Below are positions 1-9,718 of a stretch of 64,000 nucleotides of DNA, piece by piece. How positions within the stretch are numbered: the stretch's first letter is position 1; each line of letters starts with the position of its first letter. The DNA comes from an uncultured Candidatus Saccharibacteria bacterium. GTDB taxonomy: Bacteria; Patescibacteriota; Minisyncoccia; Phycocordibacterales; CAYSCM01. Location of the stretch: positions 64,001-128,000 of the forward strand of contig CAYSCM010000001.1 of the NCBI GenBank assembly GCA_964429815.1. Direction: 5' to 3'. The notes under the pieces were generated by a model. It did not search any database and was not told where the DNA came from. It saw only the letters and a list, made by a program, of their open reading frames with translations. The translations under genes and the position numbers were made by a program.

Positions 1-251
1 GTGCTCACCGAGGCAAGATTATATATTTCATCGGGACAGACGACTTTGAGCTGTTCGCGTAAAAAGTGAGAGTCGGTCACATCCCCTGCGGAGAGCGCGA
101 CCCCGGTAACGTCTTTAAGATTTTCCTTCGTCGAACCTGCGCGTTCAATGCCGAACACCCGATATCCCTTTTGAAGCAAAAGTTCGGCCAAGTAGGAACC
201 GTCTTGGCCGCCGATCCCCGTGATAAGGGCTGTTGTTGCCTTCTCTCTCAT
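1..251 (-). CDS. GDP-mannose 4,6-dehydratase paralog, N-terminal part only. The gene continues past the window start. Translation from the ATG at 251: MREKATTALITGIGGQDGSYLAELLLQKGYRVFGIERAGSTKENLKDV...PDEIYNLA
   Basis: Read directly from the reverse complement. It has the TGxxGQDGSYLAELLL Rossmann motif and the ...KPDEIYNLA block typical of Gmd. Its ATG sits immediately after the TAG stop of the downstream gmd. The window edge truncates it, so the ORF track missed it. Confidence 0.7.
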   Translation of the reverse strand, partial: MREKATTALITGIGGQDGSYLAELLLQKGYRVFGIERAGSTKENLKDVTGVALSAGDVTDSHFLREQLKVVCPDEIYNLASVS

Positions 252-1283
252 CTATTCATCTCCCCCCTTCTTATGGCCCGCGATAAGTCGTAGGTCCGAT
301 TCAACCATCATCTCTACGAGATCTTGAAACGATACCTTCGGCTTCCACCCCAATTCCCGCAGGGCTTTGGTGGAATCGCCCTCAAGAGCCTCAACCTCCT
401 GTGGTCGGAAGAAGCGCGAATTGACTTCGATGATACATTTTCCGTGCTGATCGTATCCCTTTTCTTCGAGTCCCTTCCCCCTCCACGTAATGTCGATCCC
501 AAGCGCATGACACACCGCTGCGACAAGATCTCTCACGGTGTGGGACTTTCCTGTGGCGATAACATAATTCGAGGGTCGCGCAGGCTGGAGCATCATCCAC
601 ATCGCCTCGACGTAATCTCCCGCAAAGCCCCAATCGCGTTTGGCCCCAAGGTTCCCTAGCCTTACTTTTTCCTGAAGTCCAAGTTTGATTTTCACCAATG
701 AGTGGGTAAGTTTGCGTGTCACGAAGTGCTTGCCGCGGCGAGGACTTTCATGGTTGAACAATATTCCGGAGACAGCGTACTTACCTTCTTTTTGCCAGGC
801 ACTCACAAGCTCATGTGAATGCAGTTTCGAGACCGCATACGGGCTTACTGGCTGAAATGGGCTCGCCTCGCTCTGCGGTGGCGGGGTGCTGCCGAACATT
901 TCGCTAGTCGAAGCCTGATACACTTTCACTTTCGGGTTGCGACGGAATGCTTCAGTGCCAAGGCGTTCGAGGCCTTTGAAGTTTATATCGTCGGTCTCAT
1001 CGGGACAGAGAAACGAAACACCGACATGCGATTGTGCCGCAAGATTGTAGATCTCATCAGGTTTGGCTTCCTCAAGCGCTCGCACGATGGTCGGCATGTC
1101 GCGCATATTCCCATACATGAGATCGATCTCACCCTTGATATAGAGATCCTCTATCCGCACGAAAGGGTCCGTGCTGGTGCGGCGCATAAATCCGAATACT
1201 CGGTACCCTTTTCGTATCAGAAGCTCAGCCAGGTAGGAACCGTCCTGCCCCGTGATGCCTGTTATAAGAGCCCGTTTTTGCAT
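252..1283 (-). CDS. gmd: GDP-mannose 4,6-dehydratase
   Basis: 343 aa. N-terminus ALITGITGQDGSYLAELLIRKGY, KPDEIYNLAAQSHV, and extended-SDR architecture match Gmd. Confidence 0.9.
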   Translation of the reverse strand: MQKRALITGITGQDGSYLAELLIRKGYRVFGFMRRTSTDPFVRIEDLYIKGEIDLMYGNMRDMPTIVRALEEAKPDEIYNLAAQSHVGVSFLCPDETDDINFKGLERLGTEAFRRNPKVKVYQASTSEMFGSTPPPQSEASPFQPVSPYAVSKLHSHELVSAWQKEGKYAVSGILFNHESPRRGKHFVTRKLTHSLVKIKLGLQEKVRLGNLGAKRDWGFAGDYVEAMWMMLQPARPSNYVIATGKSHTVRDLVAAVCHALGIDITWRGKGLEEKGYDQHGKCIIEVNSRFFRPQEVEALEGDSTKALRELGWKPKVSFQDLVEMMVESDLRLIAGHKKGGDE

Positions 1284-1291
1284 AGGGAAAA

Positions 1292-2515
1292 CTATACACT
1301 AGCGAGCGCCTCCCTGATAACTTCCTCCACCCGTTCACGGGAAAACAAGCTCTGCGAACACGCAACCGCCGCACGGGACATGGCCGCACGGACGGCGACA
1401 TTGCGTAGCGTTGAAAGCGCGGAGAGATACTCCTTAGCCGTCTCGGCATAGAACACTTCCTTCCCGTTTTCGAAGGGATAACCGACCGTACTGTACTTGG
1501 ACGTTATGAGCGGGACGCCACGCACCAGGGGTTCGAACACTTTTCCCTGCATGCCGACGCGCTTCGGGGATGGGACTAGGGCGATATCCATCGAACGCAC
1601 GTAGGTCGGAAATTCTTCGGAGGGGATGAAGCCGTCGTGGATGATCGTTTTTCCGTCGATATATTTCCGAAAATAATCGGGGAGTCGTGTGCCGGAGATA
1701 TGGAGCTCGTAGGCACCTGGAGAAGATCTTGCAAGTTCTGGCATGATGCGCCCCAGAATGAACTGAAGTGCCTTGCGGTTGTGGGATATGGCGTAGGAAG
1801 ATCCCAAAAAGAGCACCCGCAGCGGTTTCATCTCGCGAATAGGGTGAGATTCCCCTATGAGAGCGGGAAGCCATCGAAGCGGCAGCACTTCGACTTTCCG
1901 TGCTCCTAGACGCGCGTAGGCGGCTGCGTCGTTGGGATTGAGCGCTAGGATAAGTGTACTTTTTTTAGAGACCAGCCACTCGCTCATGAGTTTTATGAGA
2001 TAGCGTGGAATAGTTAGAAGCGAACGTTCGTGTTCCTCGAGGAAATGACGTGCTTCGAAATTTATCGATCGCGTTATTATCGGGATTCCGCGCGAACGAA
2101 CTTCTCCATAGAGTGGCCACAGATAGGTGTAGTCGAACCAAACAACGTCCGGCTGAAATGTGTTGAGTTCTTCCGCCAGTACCCTCCTCGTCAGCGGGTC
2201 ACTATACTCAAACGCCGCCCCGTCCCAAAGCCGCGGATCGATGAGACGCCGCAGGAAGCGCCCGAGACGCTCCTGGGTCGACCTCTCTCGGGCGAACGAG
2301 TAGGTGACTGGCCGTATTGGAATTCCCCACGTCCTCTGCGCTTCCTCCACCGCGCTCCTATCCGAAGGGACGACCATGACGATGACCCGCACCCTGCAGC
2401 CAAGCTTTTGGAGAAGCTTGATGCCCATGCCCCGATCAAGTTCATCGGCTCCCTGCATGGAAAAGGGGGTGCGAGGCGTTACCACCAGCACTTTCTTGCC
2501 GCGGATCCCTTCCAT
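1292..2515 (-). CDS. glycosyltransferase family 1 (GT4-like)
   Basis: 407 aa. C-terminal GT-B signature (KVFEPLVRGVPLITS), length and operon context. Confidence 0.75.
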   Translation of the reverse strand: MEGIRGKKVLVVTPRTPFSMQGADELDRGMGIKLLQKLGCRVRVIVMVVPSDRSAVEEAQRTWGIPIRPVTYSFARERSTQERLGRFLRRLIDPRLWDGAAFEYSDPLTRRVLAEELNTFQPDVVWFDYTYLWPLYGEVRSRGIPIITRSINFEARHFLEEHERSLLTIPRYLIKLMSEWLVSKKSTLILALNPNDAAAYARLGARKVEVLPLRWLPALIGESHPIREMKPLRVLFLGSSYAISHNRKALQFILGRIMPELARSSPGAYELHISGTRLPDYFRKYIDGKTIIHDGFIPSEEFPTYVRSMDIALVPSPKRVGMQGKVFEPLVRGVPLITSKYSTVGYPFENGKEVFYAETAKEYLSALSTLRNVAVRAAMSRAAVACSQSLFSRERVEEVIREALASV

Positions 2516-2516
2516 G

Positions 2517-4331
2517 TTAGGTTTTTATGGAAAATGCTTTCGCCCACAGCTGGAACACCAGGAGACTCCACAGGCTTTGGAGATGATATCCGCCTTGCTG
2601 GTGGTCCTTGCGAAGCCGTTCTATCTCATGCCAGTTAAAAAGGCTTTTTGTTTCGACGTAAAATGATGGAGAAAGTACCTCCCTGGCAAATGCTGCGACG
2701 TCGGGACGACGCAGCCACTTTGCGGCTGGAGAAAACCACCCCCTTTTTTCCTGGCTGAGGAGAAACTCCGGCACATGACCGCGGAGCGCCTCTTTGTAGA
2801 GTATTTTTTTATCAAACGACGAAATGAGATCGCTCTGGGATAATCGATCCGCGAAGGAAAGAAGCTCCAGGTCGAGGAGCGGCACGCGCACCTCAAGCCC
2901 CGCGGCCATCCCCATCTTATCGGTACGCAGTAGCGCCTCATCGACAAGCCAATTCTTTCTGTCGACGGCCATGAACTGTTTTTCAAATGACTTCTCTACC
3001 GTCGGGAATCTGTTGCTCAGATATTCGAGGACGGGCTCACTATTGTTGTCACCTTTTTCAAGAATCGCTTGCACAGTATCCTCCGTTTGCAACATGAACC
3101 ACGCGAAACGCTCTCCTCCCTCTTCTGTCGACAGGGGTTTTAGTTTTTTATTGAGCAACCCGAGCTTTGAAAATAGCGGAATGCGACGAAGTAAACTTAG
3201 CTGATGTGATTTGCGATAACGCTCATATCCACCAAAGAGTTCATCGCCCCCGTCACCTGCGAGAGCTACTGCAACCTGCGGTTTTGTGAATTCCGCAAGT
3301 TTGAGCATAGAAAGCGACGTCGGATTCCAGTTTGGATCATCGAGATGCCAAACCGCCTTTTCGAGATAGGGGATAACCTCTGTGGCGGAAAAGAGGACAC
3401 TATGATGTTCAACACCAAACTGTGCCGCAGCGCGCTTGGCAAGTTCAAGATCTGCATTGAATTTTTCTTTTTGCTCTCCCTCCTCAAGTTCAAACCCTAC
3501 GCTAAACGTTTTCAGTTTGTGTCCCGTCTCAAAGAGAGCTGCCAGGATAGCATTTGAATCTAGGCCTCCCGAAAGATAGAGCCCTACTGGGCGATCAGAA
3601 ACAAGTTGGCGACTTACGCCCCCCTTCAACACTTCCCATAGCTTGTGCGCGCGGTCTGTTCGGTCCGCTGGCAGGAAAATCTCTCTCTCATACGCTTGGT
3701 ATGTGCTAAGTGATATTTCGCCACGACGGTACTTGAGCACCTGACCTGGTTGAATACGAGATATGCTCTCAAACATTGTCGTGGGTCCTGGCGTATAGAG
3801 AAATCGGAAATAGAGATTGAGCGAATCGCGATTAAGTTTTCGAGTAATTCCCGTTTCGAGGAGCGCCTTGATCTCCGAAGAAAAAAAGAGCTCGTTATCC
3901 TTTTCTAGATAGTAAAGAGGCTTGATGCCGACCGGGTCGCGCACGAGATAGAGAGTTTCTTCTCTCTCGTCCCAGAGCGCAAAAGCAAACATGCCATTGA
4001 AACGTGAGAGGCAGTCAACTCCCCATCTCTCCCACGCCGCCAAGATAACTTCGGTATCGCTCTCGCTCCGAAAGGGGTAGGCCGGCAATTCTTTCTTGAT
4101 ATCGCGGTAGTTGTAGAGTTCTCCGTTGTAGGTAATGGTGAATCGCCCGTCGTGGCTTGCCATCGGCTGTTTGCCACCCTCGGAGAGGTCAATGATAGCG
4201 AGGCGATTGTGCCCCAAGGTTACTTTCCCAGCCCAAAGCCCCGTGCCGTCGGGGCCCCGGTGGTTGGTTTCTTTATTCATCCGCTCAACAAGAGCGGAGT
4301 GACTTCCCGTACATCCGTTAATGCCGCACAT
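2517..4331 (-). CDS. asnB: asparagine synthetase (glutamine-hydrolysing) family amidotransferase, WbpS-like sugar amidotransferase candidate
   Basis: 604 aa. N-terminal MCGI(NG) class-II glutamine amidotransferase nucleophile and the LSGGLDS PP-loop. It lies inside a glycosyltransferase operon and overlaps the next GT by 14 nt. Confidence 0.85.
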   Translation of the reverse strand: MCGINGCTGSHSALVERMNKETNHRGPDGTGLWAGKVTLGHNRLAIIDLSEGGKQPMASHDGRFTITYNGELYNYRDIKKELPAYPFRSESDTEVILAAWERWGVDCLSRFNGMFAFALWDEREETLYLVRDPVGIKPLYYLEKDNELFFSSEIKALLETGITRKLNRDSLNLYFRFLYTPGPTTMFESISRIQPGQVLKYRRGEISLSTYQAYEREIFLPADRTDRAHKLWEVLKGGVSRQLVSDRPVGLYLSGGLDSNAILAALFETGHKLKTFSVGFELEEGEQKEKFNADLELAKRAAAQFGVEHHSVLFSATEVIPYLEKAVWHLDDPNWNPTSLSMLKLAEFTKPQVAVALAGDGGDELFGGYERYRKSHQLSLLRRIPLFSKLGLLNKKLKPLSTEEGGERFAWFMLQTEDTVQAILEKGDNNSEPVLEYLSNRFPTVEKSFEKQFMAVDRKNWLVDEALLRTDKMGMAAGLEVRVPLLDLELLSFADRLSQSDLISSFDKKILYKEALRGHVPEFLLSQEKRGWFSPAAKWLRRPDVAAFAREVLSPSFYVETKSLFNWHEIERLRKDHQQGGYHLQSLWSLLVFQLWAKAFSIKT

Positions 4332-5373
4332 GTTCGATAAGTATAGTCGAAATCGTTTTTACGATGGCTTTGGTGCTGAAGCGCTCTCCCGCCACACGCG
4401 AGAGGTACGCTCCGATCTGGGGGCGGTCGACCGACTCGACGAGCGCACGTATTCGCTCCGCGAGCGCTATGGGGTCGCGTTCGGGAAAGGTGAGACGCGA
4501 GGCGTACTGCCCAAAGTATCCGCTAAACGCGACATTGCTCACGATGGGAGGTGTTCCCGCGGCCATGGATTCGATGACGGCTTTATCGAGGCCGCCGGGC
4601 GGGGTCATATTGACGGAAACGCTCGCCCGACAGTACCACACGGGAAGTCCCTCGTTGGGAATGGAGCCTATAAAACGGACGGTCTTCCCTAGTCCGCGTT
4701 CTTCGACGAGCCTGAGAAGCTTTTTTTCATATGCGCGATCGCTTTCGTGGACCGGAGCTCCAATGAACGTGACGCTGAACCTCTCCTTCCAGTGACGCTT
4801 TAAGATCTCTGCCGCCTCGATGAGCGTATCGCAGTTCTTGATGGGCGTGATACGCCCGACGCTTATGACGGCACGCTCCTCACGCGCAGAGCTCTCGCAG
4901 GCAAAGCGCCCCACCTCGATGCCATGCCCGAGAATGTGAAGTTTCCGCGACGGCAACCGAAAGCTGTAGCGCGATGCGGTTAAGACCGCGTGGCTGAAAA
5001 GATGCGCTACGTAGAGCTTGAGGTTCACCTGCCGATGCGTATACCATAATCCGACCCGCTTTCCCATAAGGCGCCAGGGTATGCCGCCCAAGACGACATA
5101 CTCGGGATTCATGTGAACGAGTACGACGTCGTACGGACGACGGATGGAAAAAATATATTGATAGAAACGCCACAGGTACGTGAGCCTCCCGGCACCTTCC
5201 TCCTTCCCCAGCGAGCGCACATGGACGTTCTCGGGTAGTGTAGCTCCTCCGCGTTCAAGACAGATGACCTCGACGGCCGTAAAGTGCCGTGCGAATTCCT
5301 GCAACCACGATATGACGTACGCTAGAAGATCGTCGTCTTCGTCAATTTTCTGGGTAATAAAGAGGAGTCGCAT
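4318..5373 (-). CDS. glycosyltransferase family 4
   Basis: 351 aa. GT-B C-terminal E-x7-E region (ESMAAGTPPIV). Confidence 0.75.
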   Translation of the reverse strand: MRLLFITQKIDEDDDLLAYVISWLQEFARHFTAVEVICLERGGATLPENVHVRSLGKEEGAGRLTYLWRFYQYIFSIRRPYDVVLVHMNPEYVVLGGIPWRLMGKRVGLWYTHRQVNLKLYVAHLFSHAVLTASRYSFRLPSRKLHILGHGIEVGRFACESSAREERAVISVGRITPIKNCDTLIEAAEILKRHWKERFSVTFIGAPVHESDRAYEKKLLRLVEERGLGKTVRFIGSIPNEGLPVWYCRASVSVNMTPPGGLDKAVIESMAAGTPPIVSNVAFSGYFGQYASRLTFPERDPIALAERIRALVESVDRPQIGAYLSRVAGERFSTKAIVKTISTILIEHVRH

Positions 5374-5374
5374 G

Positions 5375-6478
5375 TCAGTTCGTGAGAAGGTCGATATAGC
5401 GCTTCAGGTATTCCTTCTTGGTTGCCGCAAAGCCGGTGAGGCCGAGAACGAAATCCCCTGCCGTCGCCCTGCCATCTTTAATGGTCTCTCGCAGTGCGTC
5501 AGCGAACTCATTTATTGAGCGGCCTGCGACGATGGCGGAGCGTGCGCCGAGATTGTAGAGCTCCCGGGCTACGCCTACATCGGTCGACACGAAAGGGCAC
5601 CCGAGTGCCGCGGCTTCGACAAGCGCGAGTCCGTAGCCGTCATAAGCGCTGGTGAAAAGGAGGGCATCCGCGCTTTTATAGAGGCCGCCGAGATTCTCTC
5701 TCCAGCCCATGAATACAACTCTGTCGGAAATACCGAGGTTTTTTGCCCGAAACTCCAAATGTGCCCGGTCACTTCCATCTCCGGCAATACAAAGCCCTAC
5801 CCCTTTCGGCTGCAAGGCTATAACATCAATGGCCAGAGCGATGCCTTTTTCTTTCTCAAGCCGAGCCGCAACAAGCACGTGCTTGCGAAATTGCGGGTAC
5901 ATTTTCTTGAGATCACTACCTTCTTCTTCCCAGAGTTTTTTGAGATCCGTAAATATCGGCAGTACGTGGACGGGAGCTTTCAGGCGGAGGGGCCGTAGCG
6001 AGTCGACTATGCGTTTGCTGACGACGCGTATTGAGTTGGTTTTGGGTAAAAGTATCGTGCCGATGAACACTCGCAGGCGATTGAGCATCGAGAGCGAAGC
6101 AAAATAGGGGCTCAAAAAATCAGTATGGATCTGCGCCTGGAAGCGTGCGCGATGATACCGAGCCAGCCGCCAACCGACGAGCCCCGTCTCGAAGGGGTCT
6201 TGCGTGCTCACGACCGAGACACCCTTGATTTTTTTGCCGATGCGGTAGGCGCCCAACAGGTACAAGAGTCTGTGGCATGCACTCGTCGGATACAGGAAGA
6301 GATTTTCCTCTGCCACAGCAGCAAACCCGTGTCTTTTTGTCGAAAACACGATGACGTGAAGCTCGCTTCCTTTGTGCCTATGTGTTTCGAGCGCGTGAGC
6401 ATACTCCCGCAGGCGCTGCCGCACGGCGGAGCGCTCGTCGAATGCCTTTCGGTCTGTTGATACCATGAGCACCTTCAT
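5375..6478 (-). CDS. glycosyltransferase family 4
   Basis: 367 aa. FTSAYDGYGLALVEAAALGCPFVSTDVG motif. Its stop is 1 nt from the previous gene's start. Confidence 0.8.
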   Translation of the reverse strand: MKVLMVSTDRKAFDERSAVRQRLREYAHALETHRHKGSELHVIVFSTKRHGFAAVAEENLFLYPTSACHRLLYLLGAYRIGKKIKGVSVVSTQDPFETGLVGWRLARYHRARFQAQIHTDFLSPYFASLSMLNRLRVFIGTILLPKTNSIRVVSKRIVDSLRPLRLKAPVHVLPIFTDLKKLWEEEGSDLKKMYPQFRKHVLVAARLEKEKGIALAIDVIALQPKGVGLCIAGDGSDRAHLEFRAKNLGISDRVVFMGWRENLGGLYKSADALLFTSAYDGYGLALVEAAALGCPFVSTDVGVARELYNLGARSAIVAGRSINEFADALRETIKDGRATAGDFVLGLTGFAATKKEYLKRYIDLLTN

Positions 6479-7611
6479 ACGTTTTTCTTCAAGAATTCCT
6501 CCACAGCCTCAACCATCTTCGCTTCAGAAAATTTGGCAAGCGAGCGCCTCCCTGCCGCGGAAAGTTTCCCCGCAAGTGAGCGCTCCCCGAGCACCCGGAG
6601 CATCGCGGTCTCCAGGGCTTTCCGATTGTTGTAGGGCACAAGAAGTCCGTTTTTGCCATCCTCGATGACTTCCGGGTTACCACCAACTTTGGTCGTCACG
6701 ATCGGAGTGCCGACGGCAAGGACTTCGAGAAGTTGGTGCGAGAGCCCTTCGTAGCCGGTATTGAGAACAAAAAGGTCCGCCGCTTTGATGTAGCGCAGGA
6801 GAACGTCGCGCTCGAGATTTCCTGCCAGAACGACATTCTCCTCGAGGCCTTTCGTTTCAATGAGCGTCTCAAGAGCTCCTCGCTGTGGCCCGTCCCCGGC
6901 AATCATGAGCTTCACGTTGGGGAATTTTTTACGTAGCGTCGGCACGGCCGAGATGAGGGTCTCAAAACCCTTCCAGGGTACGAGGCGCCCTGCGGACATG
7001 ACAAAAACCCCGTCGAACTGGAGTATCCCGCGCAGTACGTCGCGCCTCCCGGAGACCGCAATATCTTCAACGGCGCTTAAAATGACCTCGATTTTTTTTG
7101 CTTCGATCCCCCACTTCCCTATGACTTTCTTGAAATAGGCGCTCGGCACGATGATGCGCCGCGCCTTGCGGGCGACGTAGCGCTCGACGAAGACGAAGAG
7201 ACGGACAAGCGGGTGCGTTTGTCCCTGCTTTACGAAATCGTCGAGAAGTTCGGTGACACCGAATCGGTTCATGCCCTGCTCCCACGCGAAATCCCCCGCG
7301 ACGCGTAAGAGGAAGGTCTTTTTTCGAAACGAGGCGACGAGTGCAGCCGGGAACCCCACGGAAACGGGGTCGAGGGCGAGAATGGCGTCACAGCTCTCCG
7401 AGAGCTTCCACAGGAGGGCTAGGTACACGAGGTGGCGTACTCCGGGCGGAAACTTCCGGACCTTCCCAAAGTAGGCGACGGAAATTTCGATGCCGCGGCC
7501 GGGGAGGTGTGTGATGAGGCTTTTGGCAAAAGTAGCCGGCCCGCCGACATCAGGGGGGAGAAGCGGGGTCGCTAGCAAGAGCCGCATAGGAGTAGTATAA
7601 CGGCAAACCAT
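6475..7611 (-). CDS. glycosyltransferase family 4
   Basis: 378 aa. GRLVPWKG...EGLSHQLLEVLAVGTPIVTT motif. ATGA overlap with the downstream gene. Confidence 0.8.
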   Translation of the reverse strand: MVCRYTTPMRLLLATPLLPPDVGGPATFAKSLITHLPGRGIEISVAYFGKVRKFPPGVRHLVYLALLWKLSESCDAILALDPVSVGFPAALVASFRKKTFLLRVAGDFAWEQGMNRFGVTELLDDFVKQGQTHPLVRLFVFVERYVARKARRIIVPSAYFKKVIGKWGIEAKKIEVILSAVEDIAVSGRRDVLRGILQFDGVFVMSAGRLVPWKGFETLISAVPTLRKKFPNVKLMIAGDGPQRGALETLIETKGLEENVVLAGNLERDVLLRYIKAADLFVLNTGYEGLSHQLLEVLAVGTPIVTTKVGGNPEVIEDGKNGLLVPYNNRKALETAMLRVLGERSLAGKLSAAGRRSLAKFSEAKMVEAVEEFLKKNV

Positions 7612-7620
7612 GGCTCTCGG

Positions 7621-8829
7621 TCAGCGCGAAAGGAGCGGCATAAATACCCTTTCGCGCATACCGGCAGCGACGAGGCTCCAGTCATATTTTTCAAACACGA
7701 GCTTGCGAGCATACTTGACGACTCCCGAGACCTTCTCGGGACCGGCAAGAATATCTTCGACCGCCGCGACGATATCGCTCGGAGAGTCTTTATCGACGGC
7801 CCACCCGGTGGTCGGTTTGTCGGGGTTTCGTTTCGCATCAAACAGGAAGTCCGCAATGCCCCCTTCCTGGGTCCCAATGACGGGAATTCCTGCTGCCATA
7901 GCTTCGATGAATGAATTTCCCATGCCCTCCGAGCGGCTCGGGCGGATGAAAATATCGCACGCTTTGAGATACTTCGGCATCTCGTCATGAGAGAGCTGGC
8001 CGAGGAATTTCACCCGCCTCTCGACCCCAAGCTCCCGCGCAAGGGCCTTTAGTTTTATCTCGTCGGGCCCGACGCCAAAGACGACGAAATGGACACTCTG
8101 TGGAAGGCCGCGCTGTGCGCGTATGACGTCGTCGACAGCGTTTTTGTGGACAAGCCGGGAAGTCGTCACCAGAAAAACATCGCCCTCTTTCTTGCCGAGG
8201 AGCGTCTTCACCGTTTCCATCTCCTCGGGCGGATAGGAGGCCGAGAAACGTTTGGTATCAACGGCGTTCGGGATGATTTCAAGGCGCCCCTTGAAACCTC
8301 GTCGGCGCGCCCAGGAGCCTAAGAACGTGGAGATCGCTTGGATAGTGTCGGCCGTCGTGAAGGCGCGAGAAAAAAGTGGCCATACCGGGCGAGCCAGGCG
8401 TTCGATATGCTCCGGTGGATCACCTTCTTGGAGGGTGAGAATAAACGGGACCTTGGGGTGGAACCACTTGAAAAGCGCCGCGGGGATGCCACATGAGTGC
8501 GCCATCATTGCCCAGATAGCATCGAAGTGATACCTCCGGTGAAGCGAGAGGGCCTTCCAGGCCGCAAGAAACTGAAAGAGATGCTTATTGTAGTGGAGGG
8601 GAAATCGCTTAAGGTCTGCCATCGTGGGGTTCGGACGCGCAGGCCCAATGCGATGGACATACACATTTCCTATTTTTTCTTCCTTGGGAAGGGAGGAGTC
8701 GAATCTCAGGCACACCATGTGAAGTTCAATTTCAGATGTAGCAATGCGATCAGTAATTTCTTTGATAGCCACCTCTGCCCCGCCCACGTGCGGGTAATAG
8801 GTCAGGGAAAAAATGAGTATTCGTTTCAT
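7621..8829 (-). CDS. glycosyltransferase family 1/4
   Basis: ORF 7621..8880. Start placed at the internal MKRILIFSLTYYPHVGGAE (typical GT4 N-terminus), which abuts the stop of the upstream epimerase gene. SRSEGMGNSFIEAMAAGIPVIGT motif. Confidence 0.8.
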   Translation of the reverse strand: MKRILIFSLTYYPHVGGAEVAIKEITDRIATSEIELHMVCLRFDSSLPKEEKIGNVYVHRIGPARPNPTMADLKRFPLHYNKHLFQFLAAWKALSLHRRYHFDAIWAMMAHSCGIPAALFKWFHPKVPFILTLQEGDPPEHIERLARPVWPLFSRAFTTADTIQAISTFLGSWARRRGFKGRLEIIPNAVDTKRFSASYPPEEMETVKTLLGKKEGDVFLVTTSRLVHKNAVDDVIRAQRGLPQSVHFVVFGVGPDEIKLKALARELGVERRVKFLGQLSHDEMPKYLKACDIFIRPSRSEGMGNSFIEAMAAGIPVIGTQEGGIADFLFDAKRNPDKPTTGWAVDKDSPSDIVAAVEDILAGPEKVSGVVKYARKLVFEKYDWSLVAAGMRERVFMPLLSR

Positions 8830-9689
8830 GTGCGCCGCGCTTCCTTGATGTATTCCTCGACGGACTTGGTTATCTTCCACCCGATGGATTCCGACCTACT
8901 GGTATCGATCGCGGAGCTCATACGATTCCCTGCACGCTCGGGAAGCATTTTAATTTCAGTGCCAAACAGTTTCGCAATGTCGAGGATGGAATATTCACGC
9001 ACATCCCCCAAACCATAGTCATCGCCCTCCCCCCTTTCCCCAACAATCACAAGTCCCTCGACAATGTCGTGCACGTGGGTAAAGTTGCGTTTTTGGGTGC
9101 CGGGAGACACGACCGTAAGGGGTTCCCCCGCAAGATATTTTTGTCGGAAGATTTCTATGACCGTACCGTACGCCCCCGCACGTTCACGCGGCCCATACAC
9201 GTTGTAAAAATAGGTGATCGCGTACGGGACGCCAAACCACACGCCGTAGTTATGAACCAGGTCCGTATTGCTTGCCTTACACCACGCATAGGGGCTCTGG
9301 TGCCTCCCAAGCCCATCATCAGCAAATTTTGTGGACGATCCGGCGTAGACGAGTTTTGATCCACGGTTTCGACAGAACTCCACCACCCCAAATGTTCCAA
9401 GTACATTGAGGTCCCATACCAGTGAAGGCTCGTCAAAGCTCTTTTCGACACGGGAATACTCCCCGAGGTGATATACAACATCAGGTTTCTCCGGTATGTG
9501 CGTGTCGATATCTTTGGTATGCCCCTCGCGATAGGTGACTCCAGGGACGTGATTTTCCCTCGAGCCGGTGAAATAGTTATCGAGGGATATGACCTTATGC
9601 CCATCTTTCGCGAGACGTTCACATAAGTGTGAGCCTATGAAACCGGCTCCGCCGGTCACTAGGATGAGTTTTTGTATAGCCAAAGCCAT
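8826..9689 (-). CDS. NAD-dependent epimerase/dehydratase, UDP-glucuronate decarboxylase (UXS)-like short SDR
   Basis: 287 aa. LILVTGGAGFIGSHL Rossmann motif, DNYFTGS as in UXS, YAWCK catalytic YxxxK. Confidence 0.75.
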   Translation of the reverse strand: MALAIQKLILVTGGAGFIGSHLCERLAKDGHKVISLDNYFTGSRENHVPGVTYREGHTKDIDTHIPEKPDVVYHLGEYSRVEKSFDEPSLVWDLNVLGTFGVVEFCRNRGSKLVYAGSSTKFADDGLGRHQSPYAWCKASNTDLVHNYGVWFGVPYAITYFYNVYGPRERAGAYGTVIEIFRQKYLAGEPLTVVSPGTQKRNFTHVHDIVEGLVIVGERGEGDDYGLGDVREYSILDIAKLFGTEIKMLPERAGNRMSSAIDTSRSESIGWKITKSVEEYIKEARRT

Positions 9690-9718
9690 GGAAGTTAAGC
9701 CTACGGTAGCGATTCTCT

